64,000 nt of DNA from Syntrophales bacterium (GCA_963668175.1 OY764159.1:2784001-2848000), one strand, 5' to 3'. Counted from the first letter of the stretch, positions 41,097 to 52,548 are shown. Numbers and translations: made by a program. The notes: generated by a model not told the origin, from the letters alone.

Positions 41097-41116
41097 AATG
41101 ACGAAAGGATAATCGC

Positions 41117-42577
41117 ATGTTAGAAGACAACGTCAAGGAAGCCCTCACGTTCGACGACCTCCTCCTGGTGCCGGCCGAATCGTCCGTCATGCCGGGAAGC
41201 GTCGATACGAAAACGCTTTTGACCAACAATATCCCCCTTGCCATGCCGCTCGTCAGCGCCGCCATGGATTCCGTGACCGAGTCGAACACGGCCATCTGCA
41301 TGGCCCAGGAAGGGGGCATCGGCATCATCCACCGCAACATGAGTATCGAAAAACAGTCCCTGGAGGTCGACAAGGTCAAGAAGTCGGAAAGCGGCATGAT
41401 CGTCGATCCGATCACGATCGGGCCCGACGAGAAAGTCCAGGCCGCCATGGACCTGATGAACAAGTACCGGATCTCCGGCGTTCCCGTCACCAGGAACCGA
41501 CGGCTCGTCGGCATCCTGACGAACCGGGACCTGCGCTTCGAAACGGACATGGACCAGCCGATCTCCAGCGTCATGACCAAGGAGAACCTGGTCACCGTGA
41601 CGTCGAGCATTTCCCTCGACGATTCGAAAAAACTCCTGCATAAACACAGGATTGAAAAGCTTCTCGTCGTCGACGACGATTACAACCTGAAGGGCCTGAT
41701 CACCATCAAGGACATCGAGAAGATCAGGCGCTACCCGAATGCGAGCAAGGATGCCCTGGGGAGGCTCCGCGTCGGCGCCGCCGTCGGCATCCTGGACCGT
41801 GAAGAAAGAATAGAGGCCCTGATCGCCGCCGGGGCGGACGTCATCTGCATCGATACGTCCCACGGCCACTCGAAGGGCGTCCTCGACGCCGTCCGGTCCA
41901 CGAAGGCCAACTTCCCGAATTGCGAGCTGATTGCCGGCAACGTCGCCACGGCGGAAGGCGCGAAAGCCCTGATCGAGGCGGGCGTCGATGCGGTCAAGGT
42001 CGGCGTCGGTCCCGGATCGATCTGCACGACCAGGGTTGTCGCCGGTGTAGGCATTCCCCAGATGACGGCCATCCGCGAGGCCTGCAAGGCGGCCGCGGCA
42101 AAAGGCATTCCCGTCGTCGCCGACGGGGGCATCAAGTTCTCGGGCGACATCGTCAAGGCCCTGGCCGCCGGAGCCCATACGGTCATGATCGGCGGACTCT
42201 TTGCCGGGACGGAGGAAAGCCCGGGCGAGACGATCCTCTACCAGGGACGGAGCTACAAGGTCTACCGCGGGATGGGGTCGCTGGAAGCCATGAAGATGGG
42301 GAGCCGCGACCGCTACTACCAGGACGACATCGAAAGCAACCTCAAGATGGTGCCGGAGGGCATCGAGGGCAGGGTGCCCTTCCGCGGGTCCCTGTCGGCC
42401 AGCATCTATCAGCTTATAGGCGGGCTTAAGGCCGGCATGGGGTACGTCGGCTGCAAGACGATTCAGGAACTCCACGAAAAGGCGCGCTTCGTCCGGATCA
42501 CGTCGGCGGGGCTCAGGGAGAGCCACGTCCACGACGTCATCATCACGAAGGAAGCGCCGAACTACCGTCTGGATTAA
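41117..42577 (+). CDS. guaB: IMP dehydrogenase
   Basis: [13 protein letters not shown] pair, [22 protein letters not shown]. Confidence 0.98.
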   Translation: MLEDNVKEALTFDDLLLVPAESSVMPGSVDTKTLLTNNIPLAMPLVSAAMDSVTESNTAICMAQEGGIGIIHRNMSIEKQSLEVDKVKKSESGMIVDPITIGPDEKVQAAMDLMNKYRISGVPVTRNRRLVGILTNRDLRFETDMDQPISSVMTKENLVTVTSSISLDDSKKLLHKHRIEKLLVVDDDYNLKGLITIKDIEKIRRYPNASKDALGRLRVGAAVGILDREERIEALIAAGADVICIDTSHGHSKGVLDAVRSTKANFPNCELIAGNVATAEGAKALIEAGVDAVKVGVGPGSICTTRVVAGVGIPQMTAIREACKAAAAKGIPVVADGGIKFSGDIVKALAAGAHTVMIGGLFAGTEESPGETILYQGRSYKVYRGMGSLEAMKMGSRDRYYQDDIESNLKMVPEGIEGRVPFRGSLSASIYQLIGGLKAGMGYVGCKTIQELHEKARFVRITSAGLRESHVHDVIITKEAPNYRLD

Positions 42578-42686
42578 AAATGTTTTCAATGGGTTAGTCT
42601 TCACGGGGCCTCCGTCCGGCAGACGGCCGGGCGCTCCCGGCGGGGAATGGTCCGTCCGGAATAACGATCAGGCAGGGAAAGGCACT

Positions 42687-45600
42687 ATGGCATCCGATTT
42701 CGTACATCTCCACCTCCACACGCAGTACAGCCTTCTCGACGGAACGATCCGTCTCGACGACCTCTTTCAGAAAGCGAAGGAATTCCGGATGGATACCGTC
42801 GCCATGACGGACCACGGCAACATCTTCGGCGCCATCGACTTCTTCCAGAAAGCGAAGAAAAACGGCATCAAGCCGATCATCGGCTGCGAATTGTATATCG
42901 CCCCGGCGAGCCGTTTCGATAAGACGGACCATGCCGGAGAGGCCGCCCGCCATCTCGTCGTCCTGGCGGCGTCGATGGAGGGCTACAGGAACCTCATGAT
43001 CCTCGCGTCCGCCGGGTACCTGGAAGGGCACCATTACCGGCCCCGCGTGGACCGCGACCTCCTCCGGGCCCATCACGGAGGGCTCATCGCCCTCTCCGGG
43101 TGCCTCAAAGGCGTCGTCGCGGACCATATCCTGAAGGGTAACAACGTCGGAGCCGCCCGGGCGGCGGCGGAAGAGTACCGGGATATCTTCGGCAGGGACC
43201 ATTTCTTCCTGGAGGTCATGGATTCAGGGCTCCCCGAACAGAAGATCGTCAACAAGGAACTCCTCGAATTGAGTAAGGAAATGTCCATCCCGCTTGTGGC
43301 CACGAACGACTGCCACTATCTCTCCCGGGACGACGTCGAGGCCCACGAGGTCCTCATCTGCATACAGACGGGCAAGACCCTCGACGACACGAAGCGCCTG
43401 AAATTCTCGACGGACCAGCTCTACTTCCGCAGCGGCGACGAGATGAAGGAACTCTTCAAATGGTGCCCGGAAGCGATCGAAAATACGGTAAAAATCGCCG
43501 AACGGTGTAACGTCGCCTTCAAGTTCGGCGAATTCTTCCTGCCCAAGGTCGAGCGCGTCCCCGGCGAGAACCTCGACGACCGCCTCCGGATCGAAGCGGA
43601 GGAAGGGTTCGCGAAGCGCCTCCAGCAGGCGGCGGACGCCGGGAAGCCCCTGGACGAGCCCGTCTACCGGAAGCGTTTAACCGAGGAACTCGCGATGATC
43701 AGCGACATGGGTTTCTCCGGCTATTTCCTGATCGTCTCCGACTTTATCCGCTACGCCAGGGAGCACGACATCCCCGTCGGGCCCGGCCGCGGTTCGGCCG
43801 CCGGGAGCCTCGTCGCCTTCGCCACGGAAATCACGAATATCGACCCGATCCGCTACCGCCTCTTCTTCGAGCGGTTCCTGAACCCGAGCCGCATCAGCAT
43901 GCCCGATATCGACACCGATTTCTGCCAGGAAAAGCGCGACGAAATCATCAAGTACGTCACGGACAAATATTCCAAGGAGAAGGTCGCCCAGATCATCACC
44001 TTCGGAAAAATGCAGGCCAAGGGGGCCATCCGGGACGTGGGCCGGGTCCTGAGCATCCCTTACGGCGAGGTGGACGCCATTGCCAAGCTGATCCCCAATA
44101 TCCTCAACATCACGATCAACGAGGCCGTCAAGATGGAGCCGCGCCTCCAGGAGGAGGAGAAGAAGAACGAGCGTGTCCGGAAGCTCCTCGCCCTGTCGCG
44201 GGCGGTCGAAGGCCTCAACCGTCACGCCTCCATCCATGCCGCGGGCGTCGTCATCTCCGACGTGCCCCTCGTGGAGCGCGTGCCCCTTTACAAGAGCCCC
44301 AAGGACGATATCATCGTCACCCAGTTCACCATGAACGACCTCCAGACGGTGGGCCTCACGAAATTCGACTTCCTCGGCCTCAAGACCCTGACGGTCATCA
44401 AGAACGCCCTGCAGTTCATCGAGAAGGGAAGGGGGGTCGTCCTGGACCTCGACAACCTCCCCCTCGACGACGGCGACACGTACCGGCTCCTCATGCGGGG
44501 CGACACGGACGGCGTCTTCCAGCTGGAAAGCACCGGAATGAAAGATATTCTCACCGGCATGAAGCCCGACTGCATCGAGGACATCATCGCCCTCATCGCC
44601 CTCTACCGGCCGGGTCCCATGAACATGGTCCCCGACTTCATCAAGCGGAAGCTGGGCAAGACCAAGATCACCTACGAAGTCCCGGAACTCAAGGAAGTCC
44701 TTAAGGAAACGTACGGCGTCATCCTCTACCAGGAGCAGGTCATGCAGATCGCCAGCGTCATCGGCAACTACACCATGGCCGAGGCCGACACCCTCCGGAA
44801 GGTGATGAGCAAGAAGAAGACCGACGAGATGGACAAGGAAAAGCCCAAGTTCCTCGAAGGCTCGAAAACCAAAAAGATTTCCGCGGAGAAGGCCAAGAAG
44901 ATCTGGGAGCAGATGGAGACCTTCGCCCAGTACGGCTTCAACAAGTCCCACAGCACCGCCTACGCGATGATCTCCTACCAGACGGCGTACCTCAAGGCCC
45001 ATTACCCCGTCGAATTCATGGCCGCCCTGCTCACGTCGGAAAAGGACAACCGGGACAAAATCATCAAATATATCAACAGTTGCAAGGAAGTCGGCATCCA
45101 GGTCCTGCCCCCGGACGTCAACGAATCCCAGAGCGACTTCTCCGTCGCCGGGAGCCATATCCGCTTCGGCCTTTCGGCCGTGAAGAACGTCGGCGTCTCC
45201 GCCGTCGAGGCCATCACGGAGGAGCGGGACAAGAACGGCAAGTTCGCGAGTTTCTACGACTTCTGCTATCGCGTGGACATCAGGCGGATCAACAAGCGCA
45301 TGATCGAGAGCCTCATCAAGTGCGGCGCCTTCGACTCGACGGGCCACAAGCGCCGCCAACTCATGGAGCATTACGAGGAGATCATGGACGCGGCCCAGAG
45401 GCGGCTCCGGGAGAAATCGAGCGGCCAGGCGAGCCTCTTCGAGGACCTGGAAGGCGGCGAGGAAGGGGACGAAACCCTAAACCATAACTTCATTGTTCCC
45501 GAGACAGACGAATGGAATTACAAGGAATTGCTCGCGAACGAAAAGGAGATGATCGGCTTCTACATCACGGGCCATCCCCTGTCGGCCTTCGTCGACCGCC

Positions 45601-46148
45601 TGAGCCTCGTCGCCAACGCCGATTCGGCCTCCATCGCCGGGAAGAACGATAAAGATCAGGTGACGTTCGGCGGTATCGTGAGCAATATCAGGGAATTGAA
45701 AACAAAGAAGCTCGATACGATGGCCTATGTGACCATCGAGGACCTGAAGGGCTCCGTCGAGATCATCTGCTTCGGCGACGTATACCGGTTTGCCTCGCCC
45801 TTTCTTCACGGCGACGAGCCTGTTCTCGTGAAGGGCGTCCTTGATGTAAACGATGAGAGTGTGAAGGTAAAGGCCCTGGAAATAAGCCTTCTTTCCGAGG
45901 TGATCGCCCAGCCGTTCAGCGCGGTGCACTTCCGGGTGGACGTCGACAGGTATGCCCCCCGCGACATCGAGGCCCTCCACCACATCATCCGCCACTACAA
46001 GGGCAAGCACGACGGCTACCTCCATCTCGTGAACGGAAAAAGCGAGACGGTCGTCTATCTCGGGCGCGACATCAAGCTCGATATCAACATGCACCTGAAG
46101 AAGGAAGCCGACCAATTATTCGGCGACGGAACGACGTATTTCGTTTAA
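42687..46148 (+). CDS. dnaE: DNA polymerase III alpha subunit
   Basis: PHP HLHLHTQYSLLDG, GPGRGSAAGS, MPDIDTDF, YGFNKSHS. Confidence 0.98.
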   Translation: MASDFVHLHLHTQYSLLDGTIRLDDLFQKAKEFRMDTVAMTDHGNIFGAIDFFQKAKKNGIKPIIGCELYIAPASRFDKTDHAGEAARHLVVLAASMEGYRNLMILASAGYLEGHHYRPRVDRDLLRAHHGGLIALSGCLKGVVADHILKGNNVGAARAAAEEYRDIFGRDHFFLEVMDSGLPEQKIVNKELLELSKEMSIPLVATNDCHYLSRDDVEAHEVLICIQTGKTLDDTKRLKFSTDQLYFRSGDEMKELFKWCPEAIENTVKIAERCNVAFKFGEFFLPKVERVPGENLDDRLRIEAEEGFAKRLQQAADAGKPLDEPVYRKRLTEELAMISDMGFSGYFLIVSDFIRYAREHDIPVGPGRGSAAGSLVAFATEITNIDPIRYRLFFERFLNPSRISMPDIDTDFCQEKRDEIIKYVTDKYSKEKVAQIITFGKMQAKGAIRDVGRVLSIPYGEVDAIAKLIPNILNITINEAVKMEPRLQEEEKKNERVRKLLALSRAVEGLNRHASIHAAGVVISDVPLVERVPLYKSPKDDIIVTQFTMNDLQTVGLTKFDFLGLKTLTVIKNALQFIEKGRGVVLDLDNLPLDDGDTYRLLMRGDTDGVFQLESTGMKDILTGMKPDCIEDIIALIALYRPGPMNMVPDFIKRKLGKTKITYEVPELKEVLKETYGVILYQEQVMQIASVIGNYTMAEADTLRKVMSKKKTDEMDKEKPKFLEGSKTKKISAEKAKKIWEQMETFAQYGFNKSHSTAYAMISYQTAYLKAHYPVEFMAALLTSEKDNRDKIIKYINSCKEVGIQVLPPDVNESQSDFSVAGSHIRFGLSAVKNVGVSAVEAITEERDKNGKFASFYDFCYRVDIRRINKRMIESLIKCGAFDSTGHKRRQLMEHYEEIMDAAQRRLREKSSGQASLFEDLEGGEEGDETLNHNFIVPETDEWNYKELLANEKEMIGFYITGHPLSAFVDRLSLVANADSASIAGKNDKDQVTFGGIVSNIRELKTKKLDTMAYVTIEDLKGSVEIICFGDVYRFASPFLHGDEPVLVKGVLDVNDESVKVKALEISLLSEVIAQPFSAVHFRVDVDRYAPRDIEALHHIIRHYKGKHDGYLHLVNGKSETVVYLGRDIKLDINMHLKKEADQLFGDGTTYFV

Positions 46149-46349
46149 ACCATCATGAAGTACATGAAGATACGCTTCCCGGGGCAGGGCGGTTGGTTAT
46201 CTTAAGACACAACATGAAGGATCGTAGGTTAACCATATATAAATAAAGAATATTCGGCCATAGAAGATTGCAAACACGGACGGCAACAGGCATGCCGTAC
46301 GGATAAATCATAATTTCACTATGTAAATCAATGGTATTTCTTGTCATCT

Positions 46350-47072
46350 ATGAAGGAATACATCAAAAGAACGTACCGCAACCGAATCTTAAGCCAAGAC
46401 CTTAATAAATATCATATAAACGTACGAGAAACGGACCTATTTATTACTTCCGACCAGGACATCGAGGCGGAGACAGCGAAGATCGTCCACCGGCTAAGAA
46501 GTCATCTTGAAGTCTACATCGACATCCATCCTGAATTCCTTACGTCATTACAGCCGCTTCCAGAGGATCATTTCGCCCCGAACATTGTCCGCGGGATGCT
46601 TAAAGCAGGTTCTGCCGCAAATGTCGGTCCCATGGCCGCCGTGGCGGGCGCCGTGGCGGAATTTGTCGGCCGCGAGCTCATGGACCGCTGCGCCACCCTC
46701 ATCGTCGAAAACGGCGGCGACTGCTTCCTGAAATCGGACAAAGAGCGAACCGTTGCCATCTTCGCCGGCGAATCGCCTTTGAGCTACAAGGTGCGCCTCC
46801 GGATCGCCCCGGAAAAGACGCCCATCGGGATTTGCACGTCGTCGGGGACGGTCGGGCCGTCTTTGAGCCTGGGGAAGGCGGACGCCGTTTGCGTCCTGGC
46901 AAAAACGGCGACACTCGCCGACGCCGCGGCGTCATCCATCGGAAATCTCGTGCAATCCGGACGGGACATCACAAGGGGGATCGAGAGATCGCAGCAAATA
47001 GAGGGCATTTTAGGCGTCGTCATTATAAGCGGCGACCGCATGGGCGCCTGGGGCGACGTCGAACTCGTCTAA
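46350..47072 (+). CDS. UPF0280 / ApbE-like protein
   Basis: GPMAAVAGAVA, ENGGD, CTSSGTVGPSLSLG, LADAAA. Confidence 0.88.
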   Translation: MKEYIKRTYRNRILSQDLNKYHINVRETDLFITSDQDIEAETAKIVHRLRSHLEVYIDIHPEFLTSLQPLPEDHFAPNIVRGMLKAGSAANVGPMAAVAGAVAEFVGRELMDRCATLIVENGGDCFLKSDKERTVAIFAGESPLSYKVRLRIAPEKTPIGICTSSGTVGPSLSLGKADAVCVLAKTATLADAAASSIGNLVQSGRDITRGIERSQQIEGILGVVIISGDRMGAWGDVELV

Positions 47073-47677
47073 GCATCCGTTATCACATCTGATGATATGA
47101 GACGATCGCATGGAAGGCGGGACGCTTCGGGGGCTCCTGATCCATTAAAGTCAGCGGTAAGGTCATCAAGCGCCTGGCGGACAGGATTAGAAGCGGTCCG
47201 TCATCAGGTCATTAATAAAAAGATCTTCGTCAAGAGACCAGTCAAACCGAAAGGGCGTCCAAATTCCGTAGGGCGTTTCGGAGCGGTAAAATCGGCCGCA
47301 ATAATTTCCGTCACAAAAATTCCGGGGAGGAGGACCGTCCAGGACACAAAGGGCTATTTAGAGCATCGGTAAGTTTACATAACATATCTTATAGGACATA
47401 TATGCCGTTTCGGCGGCGGGGGGCATGAACTCCATGCTTCCGTTTCTCAAGACGGCGTGAAAAAAAAGTCGGAAGACGATCCGTGACCCTATTCAGGCTT
47501 CAAATTTCCCTGTCGGCTATTATTTTCCTTCCATTCGCTGCCATGTGTCTTTCGGCGGCCATTCCTTCCCGCACGATCCCGTAAACATCACTGAAAATGA
47601 TGTCCATCATAAATACAATTCATTTGAATGATGGACGGATCGGGTGTTCAATGAGCGAAAAATCGAGGAGGTTGCAT

Positions 47678-48043
47678 ATGGAAGCGGCCGATGTGGAAAA
47701 GATCGAAAAGATCATCCGGGACAGGAAATATTCGGGCAAATTCTTCATGGAGCGGTCCAAGACTTTCAACGCCTTTGCGAACCTGGCGAGAGTCGCATTC
47801 GAAGACGGCGAGTTGGACAGGAGAACCAAGGAACTGATCGCCACGTCCATTTCCGTCGTGATCAATTGCGAAGCCTGCATGGAATGGCATATCGGCGAGG
47901 CCATGCGGCGGGGCGCGACGGAGCGGCAGATCATCGAGAGCATCGACGTGGCGACGGATATGGGCGGCGGCCCGGCGACCGTCTCGGCCAGGTTCGCCCT
48001 GAAGGTCCTCGAATACTATACGGAAAAGAACAAGGGCAAATAA
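47678..48043 (+). CDS. Carboxymuconolactone decarboxylase / AhpD-like protein
   Basis: LDRRTKELIA…CEACMEWH; RBS gaggagg. Confidence 0.85.
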   Translation: MEAADVEKIEKIIRDRKYSGKFFMERSKTFNAFANLARVAFEDGELDRRTKELIATSISVVINCEACMEWHIGEAMRRGATERQIIESIDVATDMGGGPATVSARFALKVLEYYTEKNKGK

Positions 48044-48156
48044 CCGGAAGCGTGCCGCAGGGCGATCCCGGCGGAATGTTTCCTGGCGGCACGGGATACT
48101 GCGCCATACGTTCCGCGATAGCAGCGGAAGCATGCAGCCCCCTGCCCTTTCCTTCC

Positions 48157-48810
48157 TTAGCGCGAATGCGCGGGTCTCTTGTCGGCGCCGAATCTCTCCC
48201 TGATGATCGGGACGATCCAGTCGAAGGCGAGGTCCGCCGTCGCGGGATACTTCTCCAGGTATTCGATGTAGGGGCCGCCCTCCAGGGTCTTTTCCGGCAG
48301 GATTGCGTCCGTCAGGCCGTCGAATTCCACGGCCGGAAGTCCGTTCTTGGCGCACAGGTCCGCGTCGAAGGCGGCGGTGGCGCTCAGCCATTTCCCGCCG
48401 CAGTAGAACTGGTTGTAGCCGTGACGGGGAAAGACGTTCGTGCCGATCATCTTCACGATATGCTCCGGGACGCGGTGGTTCCGGATCTTGGCATACGCTA
48501 GCCGGCAGGGAACGCCGACGGCGCGGGACAGGGCCGCAAAGAGGACGGCCTTCTGGACGCAATATCCCCTCCCCCATTCCAAAATCATCGATGCCCGGAA
48601 ATCCTCTTCGCAGGCGGAAATCATGAACAGGTTGTACTTGATCGCATCCCGGACAAAGTAGAACAGCTTGACGATCTTGTCTTTATCGCTTCCGCAGCCG
48701 GCGGTGACGCGCTCCGCGCAGGCGACGACGGCCGGGTGGTCCGACTCGATCACCTTCGTCGGCTGCAGAAACGCGGCCATCTCTGCGGTTTCTTCCGGGT
48801 TTATTGACAT
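48157..48810 (-). CDS. Transglutaminase-like protein
   Basis: FYFVRDAI, GYCVQKA, GVPCRL, HGY, KW; start at MSINP. Confidence 0.85.
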   Translation of the reverse strand: MSINPEETAEMAAFLQPTKVIESDHPAVVACAERVTAGCGSDKDKIVKLFYFVRDAIKYNLFMISACEEDFRASMILEWGRGYCVQKAVLFAALSRAVGVPCRLAYAKIRNHRVPEHIVKMIGTNVFPRHGYNQFYCGGKWLSATAAFDADLCAKNGLPAVEFDGLTDAILPEKTLEGGPYIEYLEKYPATADLAFDWIVPIIRERFGADKRPAHSR

Positions 48811-48961
48811 AAAGAACCTTCCTTGATGTAAATTGAACTGCCCCATTCTCTCTCGAAAACGGCGTAAGGTCAAGTTGTGGAAGCATGTTCTTTTACTTGA
48901 TTTATGATCGAATAAGGCACAACATGGCGGCAGGATTCGCAGTAAAGGAGCGTGGGAAGAC

Positions 48962-49153
48962 ATGATCAGACGCGTTATATGCGCCAAGCATCGGCCGGGC
49001 ATGTCGCGGGCGGAGTTTCAGGACTACTGGCTGAATCACCACGGACCGCTGTTCGGGAGATTCGTCGTTCCCCCGGCCTTTCAGTCTTCGCACCGGAAGG
49101 CGGAGGCGGCGGCGTTCATGGCCTCCGGCTGTAAAGGAGGGCCGTCGCTTTGA
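48962..49153 (+). pseudogene. EthD-family N-terminal fragment
   Basis: RPGMSRAEFQDYWLNHHGPL motif, then apparently unrelated sequence. Confidence 0.55.
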
Positions 49154-49785
49154 TCCGGCGTCAGGAGGCGGTATCCTGTTATTCGCATCTGGTCGGGGCT
49201 CTTCTGGCCGTGGCCGGTACGGTCTGGCTGGTTGTCGCGGCGCGGGCGTCTGCGGCCCATGTCGTTGTAGCCGCCGTTTACGGGTGTTCGGCGATTCTTC
49301 TCTTTTCGGCCAGCGCTTTCTATCATGCCCGCAAGCAGGCGGAGAATGAAATCTCGCTCTGGCGGAAGCTAGACCATTCCGCCATATTCTTCATGATTGC
49401 CGGCACCTATACGCCTGTCTGCTATGTCTACCTCTCCGGCAACTGGAAATGGTCGGTCATCGCCGTCCAATGGGCGCTCGTCGCCGCCGGCCTGATCCTG
49501 AAAATCCTGTATATCAAGGCCCCCCGCTATTTTTCGACGGTCGTTTACCTGCTCATGGGATGGATCGGCGTTGCGGCCGTCGGCGCCCTGCTTAAAACGA
49601 TGCCGCCCGGCGCCCTGTTTTCCCTCCTGGCCGGAGGGATATCGTTCACGGTCGGGGCGGTGTTCTACATGATCAAGAAACCCGTTTGCCATGCAGGGTT
49701 CGGCTTTCACGAAATCTTCCACCTGTTCGTGTTGCTCGGTTCGGCGTTTCATTACCATCTCGTCTACACGGCCGTGACGGGATGA
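49150..49785 (+). CDS. Hemolysin III / PAQR-family membrane protein
   Basis: SH…SAFYH…LDHSAIFFMIAGTYTP…FHEIFHLFV. Confidence 0.93.
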   Translation: MIRRQEAVSCYSHLVGALLAVAGTVWLVVAARASAAHVVVAAVYGCSAILLFSASAFYHARKQAENEISLWRKLDHSAIFFMIAGTYTPVCYVYLSGNWKWSVIAVQWALVAAGLILKILYIKAPRYFSTVVYLLMGWIGVAAVGALLKTMPPGALFSLLAGGISFTVGAVFYMIKKPVCHAGFGFHEIFHLFVLLGSAFHYHLVYTAVTG

Positions 49786-49812
49786 CTTCGAACCCCGGCG
49801 GTCAAAAAGCCC

Positions 49813-50613
49813 TTACTTGAAATAGTCGCCCGGCGTCTTCCCCAGGGTCCGGCGGAACATGGAGATGAAGGCGCTTGGGCTGTTGTAGCCCGTCCGGATG
49901 GCGGCGGACGTGACGGACTCCCCCTGCGCCATGCCCTTCAGCGCCTCCAGGATGCGAAGCTGCTGCCGCCACACGTGAAAGTTCATCCCCGTCTCGCTCA
50001 TGAACAGGCGCGCCAGGGTGCGTCCGGCGGCGCCGACCGTCCTGCCCCATGCCTCCAGCGTCCGGCTGTCGTCCGGTTCCGCAGATAACATGAGAAAAAT
50101 CCTTTTCAGACGGCTGTCCCTGGGAATGGGAAGCGCCAGGGGGTCCTCCTTGAGTTCGTTATTCAGAAAGTCCATGATGACCCGGACGATCCGGGCCTCG
50201 GGGCCCCGGGGAGGATAGAGGGCGGGCATGGCCACGGCATAAAGGATCAGTTCCCGGAGGAGCGGCGGCACCGACACGGCGCAGCATTTCTCCGGCAGGC
50301 CCGACGCCGCAGAAGGGTCGAGATAGAGGGTCCTCATCTTGAGCTCGCCAGTTGCGGCTACGCGGTGTTGGAGCCCCGCCGGGACCCAGACGCCCCTGCC
50401 CGGAGGGATGACCCACAGCCCCTCTTCCGTCGTCACGGTCATGACGCCCGCTATGGCCTGGATGAGCTGCGAACGCCGGTGCCGATGGAGCGGCGTCCGC
50501 CGTCCGGCGCGATAGTTGAAGGCCAGGGCCACGAGCGGCCGGGGAATGCCGAGGCGGTCATCGAGGCCGTCGTCGTCGTCCTTTGTCCGTTTTGCGATAT
50601 ATATTGTCTTCAT
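49813..50613 (-). CDS. AraC-family regulator with cupin domain
   Basis: HRHRRSQL cupin; RTLARLF…WRQQLR…GYNSPSAFISMFRR. Confidence 0.92.
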   Translation of the reverse strand: MKTIYIAKRTKDDDDGLDDRLGIPRPLVALAFNYRAGRRTPLHRHRRSQLIQAIAGVMTVTTEEGLWVIPPGRGVWVPAGLQHRVAATGELKMRTLYLDPSAASGLPEKCCAVSVPPLLRELILYAVAMPALYPPRGPEARIVRVIMDFLNNELKEDPLALPIPRDSRLKRIFLMLSAEPDDSRTLEAWGRTVGAAGRTLARLFMSETGMNFHVWRQQLRILEALKGMAQGESVTSAAIRTGYNSPSAFISMFRRTLGKTPGDYFK

Positions 50614-50691
50614 ATCGCAAGATTCTAAACGATCCGTTTGTTATAAGCAAGACGAAGTTCCCGCTCCGCCGGGATATTGAAAGGAACACAC

Positions 50692-51843
50692 ATGTCGAAT
50701 CCAAGGGTTTACCTGCTGTCGCTGGGCCACATGGCCTCGGATATCAACCAGGGGGCGCTGCCGGCGCTCCTGCCCTTTCTGATCCAGGAACACGGCCTGA
50801 CGTATGCCGCCGCGGCCGCTCTCGTCTTCGTGGCGAATGCCGCTTCGTCCGTCATCCAGCCGATCTTCGGCCATTTCGCCGACCGGTTCACGAAGCCGTT
50901 CCTCATGCCCGTCGGCATATGCCTCGCCGGGGCGGGGCTGGCCTTTACGGGCTGGGTGGGAGAGTATTCCGCCCTGGTCGTGCTCGTCGGCGTCAGCGGC
51001 CTCGGCATCGCCGCTTTCCACCCGGAAGCGGCTCGCCTGATGAACCGGGTGTCCGGCGATTCGAAAGCCACCGCCATGAGCATCTTCGCCCTGGGCGGCA
51101 ACCTGGGCTTCGCCCTTGGACCGACCGTCGTCACGGCGGTCATGCTGTCGGTGGGCATGAAAGGCACATGGCTGCTGATCCTGCCGGTTGCCCTCGTTTC
51201 GCTGCTCCTGATCTCACAGTTCCCCGCTTTCATGCAGGCGGAAAATGCGGCGAAAAAGGCGGCGCCGACGGAAGGCCTAAAGGACGACTGGGGTGCATTC
51301 GGCCGTCTCACGGCGGCGATCACGTGCCGGTCGGTCATGTTCCACGGCCTCAATACGTTCCTGCCCCTCTACTGGATCGGCGTCCTGGGAGAGACCAAGG
51401 CGTCGGGGGCGATGGCCCTGACCGTCATGTTCACAGCGGGCGTTGTCGGGACGCTCCTGGGTGGGCGGCTGGCGGACCGGTACGGCTCACGCCGCGTGGT
51501 CGTCGCCGGCCTGTGCTCGCTCATCTTCACCCTGCCCCTGCTCCTGGCGACGAATAACGTCATGCTGCTCACGGCCCTCCTCATCCCCGTCGGACTCGGC
51601 CTCTTTGCGTCGTTCAGCCCCATGATCGTCCTCGGCCAGAAGTACCTGCCCAACAGGGTCGGCCTCGCCTCCGGCGTCACCCTGGGGCTCGCCGTTTCCA
51701 TCGGCGGCGTCGCCGCGCCGATCCTCGGATACGTCGCCGACCACTACGGCCTTTTCTGGGCCCTGGCCATCATAGCCGCTGTGCCGCTCCCCTCGGCGGC
51801 GCTGGGATGGTCCCTGCCCAGGGAGGCGAAGAAGACCGCCTGA
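50692..51843 (+). CDS. MFS transporter, Fsr (fosmidomycin resistance)-like
   Basis: QPIFGHFADR, AAFHPEA, GGNLGFALGP, GGRLADRYG; divergent from the AraC gene. Confidence 0.88.
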   Translation: MSNPRVYLLSLGHMASDINQGALPALLPFLIQEHGLTYAAAAALVFVANAASSVIQPIFGHFADRFTKPFLMPVGICLAGAGLAFTGWVGEYSALVVLVGVSGLGIAAFHPEAARLMNRVSGDSKATAMSIFALGGNLGFALGPTVVTAVMLSVGMKGTWLLILPVALVSLLLISQFPAFMQAENAAKKAAPTEGLKDDWGAFGRLTAAITCRSVMFHGLNTFLPLYWIGVLGETKASGAMALTVMFTAGVVGTLLGGRLADRYGSRRVVVAGLCSLIFTLPLLLATNNVMLLTALLIPVGLGLFASFSPMIVLGQKYLPNRVGLASGVTLGLAVSIGGVAAPILGYVADHYGLFWALAIIAAVPLPSAALGWSLPREAKKTA

Positions 51844-51918
51844 ACGTCCCTCCCGCGGGAAACAAAAAAGGCAGAGCCCGCAGGCCCTGCCATTTATCGA
51901 CCATTCTCAGGATGAGAT

Positions 51919-52509
51919 TTATTTACGGAACATCTTTCTTGCAACTGCCGCACCGGCCAGCCCGAGGCCGAGGAGAATCATGGTTGCCGGTTCGGGAACG
52001 GCGTTCGCCGGGTTCAGGTCATGCGTCGTAAAGGTGTAATTGTCCCCGTTGTTCAGGGGGGAACCGTGGGTGCTGGCGCCGTGTGTGCCGCCGTCGTACG
52101 TGACCGTCGTCCAGTCGATCAACACGTCGTTATTGTAGGCGTAGAACTCAAAGCTGAACGGCGTGCCGGCGTAACTCGGATCGATCCATAACCACCATGC
52201 CATGATATCCGTCGTGCTGCCCGTGGCGGTTACGATTTTACCCGAGGCATCCATGTTGACGCTCCAGGTTGGAAATACAGTGGCAAGGTTGTACGCCGTG
52301 CCGTAGATATCGATCGCGCTCTGGGTATAATCGGATCGAAGCTCCATACCCGGGCTGACAAATAATGCAACCGACGAAGTCTGGACCATTTTATTGAAGG
52401 GTCCCATGCCCCATTCGGCCATCAAAATGCCTTCCGCGAACGCACTGGAAGCCGTCATCAGGAAGAGAAACGCAAAAACAGCTGTTAACATCTTGAATTT
52501 CTTAATCAT
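51919..52509 (-). CDS. PEP-CTERM sorting domain protein
   Basis: Signal peptide; C-terminal VPEPATMILLGLGLAGAAVARKMFRK. Confidence 0.93.
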   Translation of the reverse strand: MIKKFKMLTAVFAFLFLMTASSAFAEGILMAEWGMGPFNKMVQTSSVALFVSPGMELRSDYTQSAIDIYGTAYNLATVFPTWSVNMDASGKIVTATGSTTDIMAWWLWIDPSYAGTPFSFEFYAYNNDVLIDWTTVTYDGGTHGASTHGSPLNNGDNYTFTTHDLNPANAVPEPATMILLGLGLAGAAVARKMFRK

Positions 52510-52548
52510 AGTTCACCCTAGCCTCCGAAAGAAATTTCCCGTGAATTT

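Noticed and set aside
42687..46148. Intein or split in dnaE
   Set aside because: Length (1153 aa) and motif order are ordinary, with no insertion apparent.
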